A stretch of DNA of 64,000 nucleotides from a candidate division FCPU426 bacterium (GTDB lineage Bacteria > Oederibacteriota > Muellerivitia > Muellerivitales > Muellerivitaceae). Below are positions 7,878 through 16,786 of this stretch, one piece after another; the first letter of the stretch is position 1; every line of letters begins with the position of its first letter. The notes below the pieces were generated by a model. The model was not told where the DNA came from. It ran no database searches and worked only from the letters and a program-made list of their open reading frames with translations. The stretch is taken from contig CAVRAL010000001.1 of NCBI GenBank assembly GCA_963719085.1, positions 224,001-288,000 of the forward strand. The letters run 5' to 3'. A program made the translations under genes and the position numbers.

Positions 7878-10800
7878 TTGACGGCCCACCAATATCCCGA
7901 TAAGGTTTATCCATATTTGTTGTCCGATCTACCTAATTCCTTTAAAGGAAAATATCGTTTGATCTTGAGCCGCCGTTTCCCAATCCTATTTTTCCTTTCT
8001 TTGGGTGTCTTAATCCCCTCGGGGTCAATGGCCCAAACCGCGCCCATCACCGTGGGCGTCTTCAATAACAACGGGGATTCCAGCGTGGGCTCTTTGGGCG
8101 GGGCCGTGACGGCGGTTAACGCCGATCCTTCGGGCGGCGTGATTACCTTTGGCACACTCCTGAGCAATGCCATGACTTTATCCGGGCCTTTGTCCGAAAT
8201 TTCTAAGAATGTCACTTTAGAAGGGCCGGTCGCCGGTTTTTTGGTGGAAGGCGCCTCAGGGTCCACCGCCAATCTGACGGCGGATGGGGTCTTAGGCCTT
8301 CAGGCCGATTCCAGTTCCTTTCAATTTGGATTAGAAGGCGGCGCGGCTTCCGGCGCCGGGGGCACTGGCGGGGGATCGTTCCTAACTTCCTCAACCCTTA
8401 ATCTAGGCTCGAATTCAACTTTGAACCTGACGGGTGCCGAGGGTAATTCGGGAAGCGGCGCCGCCGGGGGGGATGGCGGTTCGGCCTTTTTGGTTACAAC
8501 CAATATGACCCTTGATTCTTCCACCGCTGTGACGCTTTTGGGCGGAGCGGGCGGGGGCGGCGGAACCGGTACGGCGGGGTTCGACGCTTCGGCGGGCGGG
8601 GACACTTCTTTTAACGCGACCTCAGTGACTTTTAATTCCAACAGCGACTTATTTTTAGAAAGCGGCGCGGGATCGGCGGGCGGTCAGGGAACAGTTTCCA
8701 TGGGCGGAGCGGGTTCCCGGGGCGGCTTGGCGGTCTTAACGATGGGTGACGCGGTCTTCGCTTCGGCGACGACCTTATCGGCTTTGGGCGGCAACGGCGG
8801 GGCGGGTGGGGAAGGCGTGAGCGAAGGCGGCGCGGGCGGGACGGGGGGCGGGGCGCAGTTGGATTCAAATACGCTGTCTTTGGCTCCGGGATCCGCGCTT
8901 AACTTTACCGGCGGAACGGGCGGCGCGGGGGGATCAAGCGACACGACCGAGGGCGGCGACGGCGGCGCGGGGGGAAGTGTGAGTGTGGTCGCGGTTTCAG
9001 CCACGATTGTCAATGGAACCGTGAGCATGACCGGAGGACAGGGCGGGGCCGGAGGCGTGGGAATTACCTTGGGCGGCGCGGGCGGTCGGGGGGGCGGGGT
9101 TGATTTTGGTTTTTCCAATCTTTCTTTTAGTTTGGGATCGAAAGTCCAAATCGACGGCGGCCAGGGAGGGGACGGGGCTTCGGGTTCAACCGGGGGCTCG
9201 GATGGTTCGGGCGGCGCTGTTACTTGGACGTCTTCCGGTGTGACCCTTTTGTCGAGCTTGACCCTGGACGTCCAGGGGGGAAGCGGCGGCAACGGTACGA
9301 CGGGCGGCAATGGGGGCGCGGTGGGTGTGACCCTCGGTTTGTTGAACCTCGGGACGAACGCGGCCTTAACCATTGCCGGTGGCACCGCTTACGGGATCGG
9401 GTTGGGCGGGGACGTGAGCTTTCAACCGGGCACGCTTCAATTGGGCAACGGGACCGTTTTAACTTTGGAAGGCGGTCTTACGAATGGAGGATCCGCGGTG
9501 GGCGGCTCAGTGACGGTTGATTCGGTTTCCGTCAGCCTGGGCGCGGGCGCGACCCTGGACCTTGACGGCGGCAATAGCTACGCGGCCTTGGAAAATCTGG
9601 AGGGGTCGGGAACCGTCACCGTGAGCGGGGTTACTTCGGGTCAACTGCAATTATCCGACGGACTTTTTTCTGGGACTATCGGCGTGGATAGCCTGATGGA
9701 AAGCGGTCCGGGTACTTTCATCTTAGACGGCGCGGCGACGGTTTCGGACGGAGTCACCGTGGCCAGCGGTGATTTTGAGGTGGGCGACAATCCCTCGTCC
9801 TCCGCGGTTTGTCATGGCACGGTCCAAGTCAATTCCGGCGCCCTCTTGAGCGGCCAGGGAAGCGTGAATGGACTGGTCACCAATGACGGCCTGGTTCAGC
9901 CCGGAAGCTCGGGTCCAGGAACCTTGACGGTGGCCAGCTATACCCAAAACGCGGACGGCACTTTGGGCATCTTTTTGAGGCCTTCCGGCCAATCCAGTCT
10001 CTTAAATGTAACCGGCGCGACCCAGTGGGACGGTACCTTGTCTTTGGAAGAACAAGGGGCTTTCGGCCTTCGCTATAGCTATGTGATTCTTGACTCGGGA
10101 AGCCCGATCAGTGGGGCCGTCACCTCAGTGACCCAGACTGTGCCCGGCTTTTCCGCCACGCTTTCCGGAACCAACGCCGTGACGTTGACCTTAAACCGGA
10201 TTAATCCCGACTTTAATCATTTCGCCTCGACTTCCAATCAAACGGCGGTAGCGGCGGTTTTAAATCTTCATTTAAATGATCCGGATGGCGCTTTCTTTAC
10301 AAAGTTAAATGAAATTTACGCCATCGGCACGGGATCGGTTTTGGACTCACTTGACGGCGTGATGTATACGGCTTTACCCCAAGTTATTTTAGATAACAAT
10401 CAATTTGAAAATAGCTTGTTGCTCGACCGGTTGGATCAGGGAGTCTTCGGAACCCTCCCGCGTGCGTCTTCCGCCCTCGTCAGCCAAATTTTGTCCTCCG
10501 ACATGAGCGGCGCGGGCGCCCCGATTTCCGGTTTGAAATCCGCCGGTTCGCCCCATGGATTTTGGATCCAAAATGTCGACAGCTTTGGCGGCACCAGCGC
10601 TACGGCCAATGTGACCGGTTTCAACAAGACCAACTACGGCTTTTTGGCCGGCTATGACGATCAATTCGGCGCCTTCACGGCGGGCGTGGCCGGCGGCTAT
10701 CTGCACACGGATTTGAAATCCGCGGATCAAAGCGACAGCACGGGCGTCAACGGCTATCAGGGGATGCTTTACACCAATATGGCTTGGGGCGCGATTGAGA

Positions 10801-11381
10801 CGGGACTGGTGTTGGGTTTTGGCGTGGATCATTTTGATTCCACCCGGACCCTATCCTTGGGAAGCGATGTCAGCCAAGCGATGGGAACCTTCAACGGCAC
10901 CCAATGGGGCGGCGATTTGCGGATCGATTCTCCTTTGAATTTCGCCGGCTGGAGTTTAAAACCCCAGGTGGGCGCCCAATATATCCGCCTGTCCCAAGAC
11001 GCCTTCACGGAAACCGGGGCCGGAACTTTGGATTTAACCGTCCCGGCCGTTACTGAGAGTTCTTTGCGGCCTTATGTGGGAATGGAGGGCTGCAAAAACC
11101 TCAAACTGCAAAAGGGGCTTGAGCTCATCCCTGACTTTAATTTAACCCTGAGCGACGAGGTCTTGAGCCAATCCAACCAATCGCACATGACCTTGGCCGG
11201 GGCTTCCACACAGGCCTTTACCATCCAGGGCTTGGGCTCCGAATCCCTTTTGGTCGGGGTGGGCGCGGGGGTGAACTTTCTTTTTAATAAACAATTCAAC
11301 CTTTTCGCCCATTACCTGGGAAGTTTCAGCCAGAACCAGTCGATGAGCACGGTGAACGGCGGCTTAAGCCTGGCCTTTTGA
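7878..11381 (+). CDS. Gly-rich autotransporter (true start probably a downstream TTG before the signal peptide)
   Basis: Signal-like FPILFFLSLGVLIPSGSMA; GGxGGxGG passenger; PGSSGPGTLTV.SYTQ; NQ.AVA linker; C-terminal beta-barrel ending LSLAF. Confidence 0.88.
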   Translation: MTAHQYPDKVYPYLLSDLPNSFKGKYRLILSRRFPILFFLSLGVLIPSGSMAQTAPITVGVFNNNGDSSVGSLGGAVTAVNADPSGGVITFGTLLSNAMTLSGPLSEISKNVTLEGPVAGFLVEGASGSTANLTADGVLGLQADSSSFQFGLEGGAASGAGGTGGGSFLTSSTLNLGSNSTLNLTGAEGNSGSGAAGGDGGSAFLVTTNMTLDSSTAVTLLGGAGGGGGTGTAGFDASAGGDTSFNATSVTFNSNSDLFLESGAGSAGGQGTVSMGGAGSRGGLAVLTMGDAVFASATTLSALGGNGGAGGEGVSEGGAGGTGGGAQLDSNTLSLAPGSALNFTGGTGGAGGSSDTTEGGDGGAGGSVSVVAVSATIVNGTVSMTGGQGGAGGVGITLGGAGGRGGGVDFGFSNLSFSLGSKVQIDGGQGGDGASGSTGGSDGSGGAVTWTSSGVTLLSSLTLDVQGGSGGNGTTGGNGGAVGVTLGLLNLGTNAALTIAGGTAYGIGLGGDVSFQPGTLQLGNGTVLTLEGGLTNGGSAVGGSVTVDSVSVSLGAGATLDLDGGNSYAALENLEGSGTVTVSGVTSGQLQLSDGLFSGTIGVDSLMESGPGTFILDGAATVSDGVTVASGDFEVGDNPSSSAVCHGTVQVNSGALLSGQGSVNGLVTNDGLVQPGSSGPGTLTVASYTQNADGTLGIFLRPSGQSSLLNVTGATQWDGTLSLEEQGAFGLRYSYVILDSGSPISGAVTSVTQTVPGFSATLSGTNAVTLTLNRINPDFNHFASTSNQTAVAAVLNLHLNDPDGAFFTKLNEIYAIGTGSVLDSLDGVMYTALPQVILDNNQFENSLLLDRLDQGVFGTLPRASSALVSQILSSDMSGAGAPISGLKSAGSPHGFWIQNVDSFGGTSATANVTGFNKTNYGFLAGYDDQFGAFTAGVAGGYLHTDLKSADQSDSTGVNGYQGMLYTNMAWGAIETGLVLGFGVDHFDSTRTLSLGSDVSQAMGTFNGTQWGGDLRIDSPLNFAGWSLKPQVGAQYIRLSQDAFTETGAGTLDLTVPAVTESSLRPYVGMEGCKNLKLQKGLELIPDFNLTLSDEVLSQSNQSHMTLAGASTQAFTIQGLGSESLLVGVGAGVNFLFNKQFNLFAHYLGSFSQNQSMSTVNGGLSLAF

Positions 11382-11411
11382 GAAACGGTTAAAGGGCTTG
11401 ACCGTTTTGTT

Positions 11412-11747
11412 ATGATTCTCCCCATGAAAAATCAATTTCTACCCTTGAGAATTGTCTGCTGTATCGGCTTCTTGAAGGCTTTCGCGAACATATTTTTCAT
11501 ATACTCGCCGACCATTTGGCAGGTCAACGCCTGGTATCCGGGCTATTTTGTTGTGGGCAACACGGTATCCGTGATCGCGCTCGGCGGGTTTTGGGTATTG
11601 CGGCGCTGGGCTTTTCCGGTTTACGCCCTCTACGCCCTTTTTGCCCAAGTGGTTCCGCTTCTGCTCCATCGATGGGATAGCTCGATTCTTGTGCTGCCGC
11701 TTTTGACATTAATGGTCGCGGCCTTTTATTACGGGAAAATGAAATGA
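11412..11747 (+). CDS. Small membrane protein, about 4 TM segments
   Basis: Hydrophobic ORF; stop overlaps next ATG (ATGA). Confidence 0.6.
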   Translation: MILPMKNQFLPLRIVCCIGFLKAFANIFFIYSPTIWQVNAWYPGYFVVGNTVSVIALGGFWVLRRWAFPVYALYALFAQVVPLLLHRWDSSILVLPLLTLMVAAFYYGKMK

Positions 11748-12751
11748 AGGCCGCCGGACGCATTCTTCTGCCAAAACCTTTTTCACTGGGTCTGACCCTT
11801 TTGTGCGGCCAATGCTTCCGCTGGGAAGGCCCGAATAATCATTCCTGGTTCGAGGGCGTGGCGGGCGGGGCGTGTTGGAAGCTTCAACAAGAAGGGGATT
11901 TTCTTAACTGGCAATGCGGCACCGAACGGGTACGGGGCCGCGCCGCCGAAGAGTGGCTCAGCCATTATCTGAGCTTGGACGATGACCTGGCCGGGTGGGT
12001 CAAGGAATACGCGGACCATCCCATGTTGGAACAATCGATTAAGACCTTGGAAGGACTCCGGCTCATCCGGCAGGAGCCTTGGGAATGCTGCGTTTCTTAT
12101 ATGTTCGCCCAAGGGCTTTCGGTGAAGGTGATCCGGCAAGCCCTTCGAAAATTTTGCGCGGCCTATGGCGGCCCGGTCGAAGGCGCTCCGGGGGTTTACG
12201 CTTTTCCCGAACCCGAACAGCTGGTGGGATTAACCGCCCACGTCCTAAAACCTTTCACCAACAACTATCATGCCCGGGCCGACCGGATTATCCGCGCCGC
12301 CCGGGTGGTGAAAACCGGCGTGATTTCACTCCCGCATTTAAGGACGCTCCCTTGCGATGACGCCCGTTCGGCTTTGATGGGATTGGACGGGATTGGGCCT
12401 AAGATCGCCGATTGCATCCTGCTTTTTTCCTTGGATCAGGCTTCGGCTTTTCCGGTGGACCGCTGGGTTTTGCGGGCCATGAAGCGCCATTTCCGCTCCG
12501 TCAAGCTTTTGGGCGCGGGGGAAGAAGCGCCGACGGCCTCCCAATATCCGAAGATTGTGGGGAAGGCCCGTCGTCATTTGGGTCCGCGCTGTGGATTGGC
12601 CAGCGAATACTTGTTTCTTTTCTTGCGGCTATTAGAAGACCGGAAATTGCGCGAGGAATTGGAGCCCTACTTGAGCCGGGCCTTGCCCCCCTTGGCGGAA
12701 AGTTCAAAGCCGCCCCGGAAAAAGCTCCGGTTTAAGCCGGGGAAAAATTAG
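11744..12751 (+). CDS. 8-oxoguanine DNA glycosylase (OGG1-like, HhH-GPD)
   Basis: TLLCGQCFRW, GLRLIRQEPWEC, GIGPKIADCILLF, FPVDRW. Confidence 0.9.
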   Translation: MKAAGRILLPKPFSLGLTLLCGQCFRWEGPNNHSWFEGVAGGACWKLQQEGDFLNWQCGTERVRGRAAEEWLSHYLSLDDDLAGWVKEYADHPMLEQSIKTLEGLRLIRQEPWECCVSYMFAQGLSVKVIRQALRKFCAAYGGPVEGAPGVYAFPEPEQLVGLTAHVLKPFTNNYHARADRIIRAARVVKTGVISLPHLRTLPCDDARSALMGLDGIGPKIADCILLFSLDQASAFPVDRWVLRAMKRHFRSVKLLGAGEEAPTASQYPKIVGKARRHLGPRCGLASEYLFLFLRLLEDRKLREELEPYLSRALPPLAESSKPPRKKLRFKPGKN

Positions 12752-12883
12752 CTGACAAGATTGGGTTTCCTGTTTTTTTAAAAGAATTAAGTGACATTCT
12801 CAAGAATTCCCATGTATTTTATAAATGTTGAATAAACTGTGCAGGGTTTTGAAAACCCTGTTTTCCATCAATAGGTGCGCGCC

Positions 12884-14299
12884 ATGAAACCATCGCTTTT
12901 AATCGTGGATGATGAAGAAAGTGTCCGGGAATCCTTCCGCCTGGCCCTTCAAGACGACTATGAGCTGACCTTCGGCGAGGATTCCAAAAGCACCCTGAAC
13001 ATCCTCAAGACCAAAGTTTTTGACTTGGTTTTGCTCGATATCATGCTGCCGGACGGCTCGGGCATGGATCTTTTACGCCAAGTCAAGCGGCGGGGCGAAA
13101 GCATGGAAGTCATCATGGTCACGGCGCTTCAAAGCATCGACACGGCCCTGGAGGCCATGAAGTGGGGCGCTTACGATTACATCACCAAGCCTTTTAAAAT
13201 TGAGGAACTTTACGAGATCATCAAACGCGTCTTGAATAAGCGGGACCTGGAACGCGAAAACGCTTTTTTGCGCGGGGAAGTGTACCATCCCAAGCCGGTG
13301 AGTCTGATCGGGCAAAGCAAATCCCTACAGGAAATGTTGAAAAAAATCGAGAACGCGGCCAAGACCGATATGCCGGTTTTGGTCAAGGGGGAGATCGGGT
13401 CGGGCCGGCAGGAAGTGGCGCGCCAGATCCACCATTCCAGCGCCCGGCAGAAGAAGCCTTTCATTACCGTGCATTGCGGAAGCATCGCCAAGGGCCAGTT
13501 TGAAAGCGAGCTTTTCGGTTTGGAACGCCAGGACGCCCGGGGACGCACCTCGCCCCAAATCGGCCAGTTGGAATTCGCCAACGAAGGAACCCTTTTTCTG
13601 GAGCAGGCCGACCGGCTTCCGGATGAGATACAAGAAAAACTTCTGCGGGTTTTTCACGAGAAAAAAATGACCCGGGCGGATCACGCGGTCACCATCCCCT
13701 TGGATTTAAGGGTCATCGCTTCCATGGATATGGATCCCGAAAACAAGCCCCGGGAAACCGAACTTCGCGGAGACTTTTTACAGTTCCTCAACGGCTTTCC
13801 CCTGGTCGTGCCGTCTTTGCGGGACCGCAAGGAAGATATCCCTGAATTGATCGAGCATTATCTCAAGCAAGTCAACCGCAAGGCCCGCATGACGGTCAAG
13901 ACCATCTCCAAAGAGGCCGTGCAGTTTTTCACCCACTACACCTGGCCGGGCAACTTGCAGGAATTGGAAAACAGCATCGAGATGATGGTGCTTTTCGCCG
14001 GCCGCGACACCCTGACGCTGGAAGACATTCCCTTGGATATCCTGGTCAAACAGATCGACCTGGCCAAGACCAAGGAAGAAGCCAAACTGTCCCTTAAACG
14101 GGTGAGGCATCAATTTGAGCGGCATTACATCCGCAAGGTCCTGGAGCGCACCCGCGGCAACCAGACCCGTACGGCCGCCACCCTGGGGCTCCACCGCAAT
14201 ACCCTGATATGGAAATTGAAGGAATTGGACCTGGAAGAGGACTACAAAAAGATCGTCAAAAAGCGCCGGGAGCGTGGACTGGGTTTTAGGAATATCTGA
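12884..14299 (+). CDS. NtrC-family response regulator (REC-AAA+-Fis HTH) with degenerate ATPase
   Basis: REC DD/D/T/K intact; ESELFG, WPGN, GNQTRTAATLGLHRNTL; GAFTGA absent. Confidence 0.9.
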   Translation: MKPSLLIVDDEESVRESFRLALQDDYELTFGEDSKSTLNILKTKVFDLVLLDIMLPDGSGMDLLRQVKRRGESMEVIMVTALQSIDTALEAMKWGAYDYITKPFKIEELYEIIKRVLNKRDLERENAFLRGEVYHPKPVSLIGQSKSLQEMLKKIENAAKTDMPVLVKGEIGSGRQEVARQIHHSSARQKKPFITVHCGSIAKGQFESELFGLERQDARGRTSPQIGQLEFANEGTLFLEQADRLPDEIQEKLLRVFHEKKMTRADHAVTIPLDLRVIASMDMDPENKPRETELRGDFLQFLNGFPLVVPSLRDRKEDIPELIEHYLKQVNRKARMTVKTISKEAVQFFTHYTWPGNLQELENSIEMMVLFAGRDTLTLEDIPLDILVKQIDLAKTKEEAKLSLKRVRHQFERHYIRKVLERTRGNQTRTAATLGLHRNTLIWKLKELDLEEDYKKIVKKRRERGLGFRNI

Positions 14300-14530
14300 C
14301 AACCCTTGCCGACTTTTTGCCCGAAGCTTTTTCATCCGACTTCGCAGAAAAACCTGCATATAAGTAGAAACGCATAGAAAGCTACGCCGGATGTCGCAGG
14401 AAGAGAACGTGAGGATGCCCGGCATAGCGTAGCGAAGACGGGCAACGGGTACCATGGTCTTTGCCGCGCAGCTCCATCTGTGCCATAATCGATTTTGAAA
14501 TTAATCCATTCCGGCCGGTGAGAGTGACTC

Positions 14531-15661
14531 TTGGATCGTTTGACCGTATTTCAAGATTTGTTGGACAGTATGCCGTCCGGTCCGTCGCGGCAGGCCGCTG
14601 ATTTTTCTTCCGCTGAGAAAATTCTCCAAAACCACTTGGGCTTGTCCCAGGTCCATTTTTTCAAGGCCCATCCGGAAGGATTGGCCTCCCATTCTGAAAG
14701 CGCTTTGAAGCGACTTTGGATTCCCCTCTCGAGCGCCCCTTACCGGCATTTGATGAAGACCCGTAAGAGCTGGGAAAGCCAACCGGCCCGGGGGGATTGG
14801 GCCCTGCTGGTTCCGGTCCTTTCCGGCGACAGGCTTTTGGGCGCCATTGGTTTGGGCCCCAAGAAAAACAAAAAGCCTTTTTCCCGGGACGAGAAGGCTT
14901 TTTTAGGACTGGTCGCTTTTTTCCTGCGGGAACCCTTGGAAGCCCAAGCTCTTTGGACCCAAGTGGGCCGGCTCAACCGCCAGGCGGCCTTGGGGTTCGT
15001 TTCCGGCATGCTGGCCCACGAGATTCGAAACCCCCTGACCGCGCTTCAAACTTTGCTTCAATTGTTTCCCCAAAAATCCGGGGATGAAAAGTTCCGGATG
15101 GATTTTCAACGGATCGTACTGGGCGAGGTGGAGCGGCTCCAGTATCTCTCGGAAAATTATCTCTCCTGGCTCAAGGCCGAACCCGCGCAAGAACAGGTTC
15201 TTGACCTCAATCCGGTGGCGGCCCGGGCGGTCGAGTTTTTAAAACCGCTCTTTAAGGCCAAGGGCGCCGAAATTTTGTTGAAGACCCAGGGGCCGGTTTG
15301 GATCCGGGCCGGGGCTTTTCAATTGGAAAGCCTTCTTTTGAATTTGGCTCAGAACGCCTATCACGCTTTGCCTGAGAAAAAAGGAAAGGTCGCGATCGCC
15401 GTCGGCCGCTCGGTCCGGGTCAAGGGGCGGCCGGGCGCCTGGGCGGAGATTCAGGTTTCGGATAATGGCCGGGGAATTCCGAAAGCGAATTTGAAAAAAA
15501 TATTCGATCCCTTTTTCACCACCCGGCCGGACAGCGCCGGATTGGGGCTCCTGATTTGCCGGCAGATCGTGGAAATGTTCCAGGGATTTTTGACCGTCGC
15601 CAGCCGGCCGCGGGGAAAGACCGCGTTTAAGGCCTATTTTCCCTTGATTTCCAAGCCTTAA
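14531..15661 (+). CDS. Cytoplasmic sensor histidine kinase (GAF-like + HisKA + HATPase)
   Basis: LAHEIRNPL, NLAQNA, DNGRGI, FDPFFTT, GLGL. Confidence 0.9.
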   Translation: MDRLTVFQDLLDSMPSGPSRQAADFSSAEKILQNHLGLSQVHFFKAHPEGLASHSESALKRLWIPLSSAPYRHLMKTRKSWESQPARGDWALLVPVLSGDRLLGAIGLGPKKNKKPFSRDEKAFLGLVAFFLREPLEAQALWTQVGRLNRQAALGFVSGMLAHEIRNPLTALQTLLQLFPQKSGDEKFRMDFQRIVLGEVERLQYLSENYLSWLKAEPAQEQVLDLNPVAARAVEFLKPLFKAKGAEILLKTQGPVWIRAGAFQLESLLLNLAQNAYHALPEKKGKVAIAVGRSVRVKGRPGAWAEIQVSDNGRGIPKANLKKIFDPFFTTRPDSAGLGLLICRQIVEMFQGFLTVASRPRGKTAFKAYFPLISKP

Positions 15662-15737
15662 ATCAAAGCACAATTCCCCATGCAATTTATCCCGATTTCT
15701 GATAATTTATTGGTCAGATTGTGGGATGGAGGCGCGT

Positions 15738-16313
15738 ATGAAAAAAGAACTTCGATTCCTCATTTTGGAAGATGACGCGGGCTTCCGCAAAATGTTGGAA
15801 GGCGTTTGCGCCGAATTGGGCAAGGTCACCGCTGTTTCCGACGCCGAGGCCGCTTCCAAGCTTTTGACCCAACACACCTTTGATGTGCTTCTGCTTGATT
15901 GGCACTTGAACTCGGACGATTTCAACCGCCGGTTGACCCGGTTTCAGTCCAACGCCTCCCGGATCGCGCTTTTCACCATTCCGAGCTTGGAAGACGTGGT
16001 TCGGGCCATGAAAATGGGCGCCGCGGACGTTTTTTGGACCACGCAGGAGCCCCGGGTTTTAATTGAAAAAATCAAGAATTGCCTGCGAAACACCAAAAGT
16101 TCCAATCCGTTCAAACACGCTTTTGTTTCCGAATTGGCCGAATCGCTCAGTGAAAAGGCCTTTTTGCAGGAGCTATCCCTTTTCCGGGCCCGCAAAGAAT
16201 TTTCCAAAACCTTCATCCAATATCTGTTGGATCAGCCCAATATCCAGAGGGATCGGCTGGCGGGCTTAATGAATGTGAGCCTTCGAACCCTTCATCGCTA
16301 CCTATCGGTTTGA
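15738..16313 (+). CDS. Response regulator, REC + Fis-like HTH, no AAA+ domain
   Basis: LILEDD, LLLDW, GGAGG SD; C-terminal LAGLMNVSLRTLHRYL. Confidence 0.8.
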   Translation: MKKELRFLILEDDAGFRKMLEGVCAELGKVTAVSDAEAASKLLTQHTFDVLLLDWHLNSDDFNRRLTRFQSNASRIALFTIPSLEDVVRAMKMGAADVFWTTQEPRVLIEKIKNCLRNTKSSNPFKHAFVSELAESLSEKAFLQELSLFRARKEFSKTFIQYLLDQPNIQRDRLAGLMNVSLRTLHRYLSV

Positions 16314-16438
16314 CCTTTTGGCCCCCGAAGGGGAGTCAAAAGGCCCTAAAATAAGGGAAAAGAGCCAAAAAGTCCTTGCCAAGACCCCGGCGCTTTTGTA
16401 AGAATACCATCTGGATGCACTAATCCAGGAGGTGGACG

Positions 16439-16714
16439 TTGACTAAGAGCGAATTGCTGGGAAGTTTAGCCAATGACACGGGTTTGAAGAAAAAAGACGT
16501 GGATAACGTTTTGCAGGCTTTGCGTAACACGATTTACAAAACCTTAAAGACCGAACACAAGATCAAGCTCGACGGTTTGGGCGTGTTTCAATTGAAAGAC
16601 CGTAAAGCCCGCCAAGCGCGGAATCCTCGCACGGGCGAGATGGTCAATGTGCCGGCTAAGAAAGTCGTTAAATTCCGTGTTTTGAAAGATTTGAAAGAAG
16701 CCGTTTTATCATAA
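16439..16714 (+). CDS. hup: HU family DNA-binding protein
   Basis: MTKSEL, LGVF...RKARQARNPRTGE..VPAKK; GGAGG SD. Confidence 0.95.
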   Translation: MTKSELLGSLANDTGLKKKDVDNVLQALRNTIYKTLKTEHKIKLDGLGVFQLKDRKARQARNPRTGEMVNVPAKKVVKFRVLKDLKEAVLS

Positions 16715-16737
16715 TCCAGGCTTTTTGAAGCTTTTCC

Positions 16738-16770
16738 AAGCATCCTGTCAAATTGGCAGGGTGCTTTTTT
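16738..16770 (+). terminator. Intrinsic terminator after HU
   Basis: AAGCATCCTGTCA-AAT-TGGCAGGGTGCTT hairpin followed by T run. Confidence 0.8.
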
Positions 16771-16786
16771 ATTTCCCGCCCTTCGA

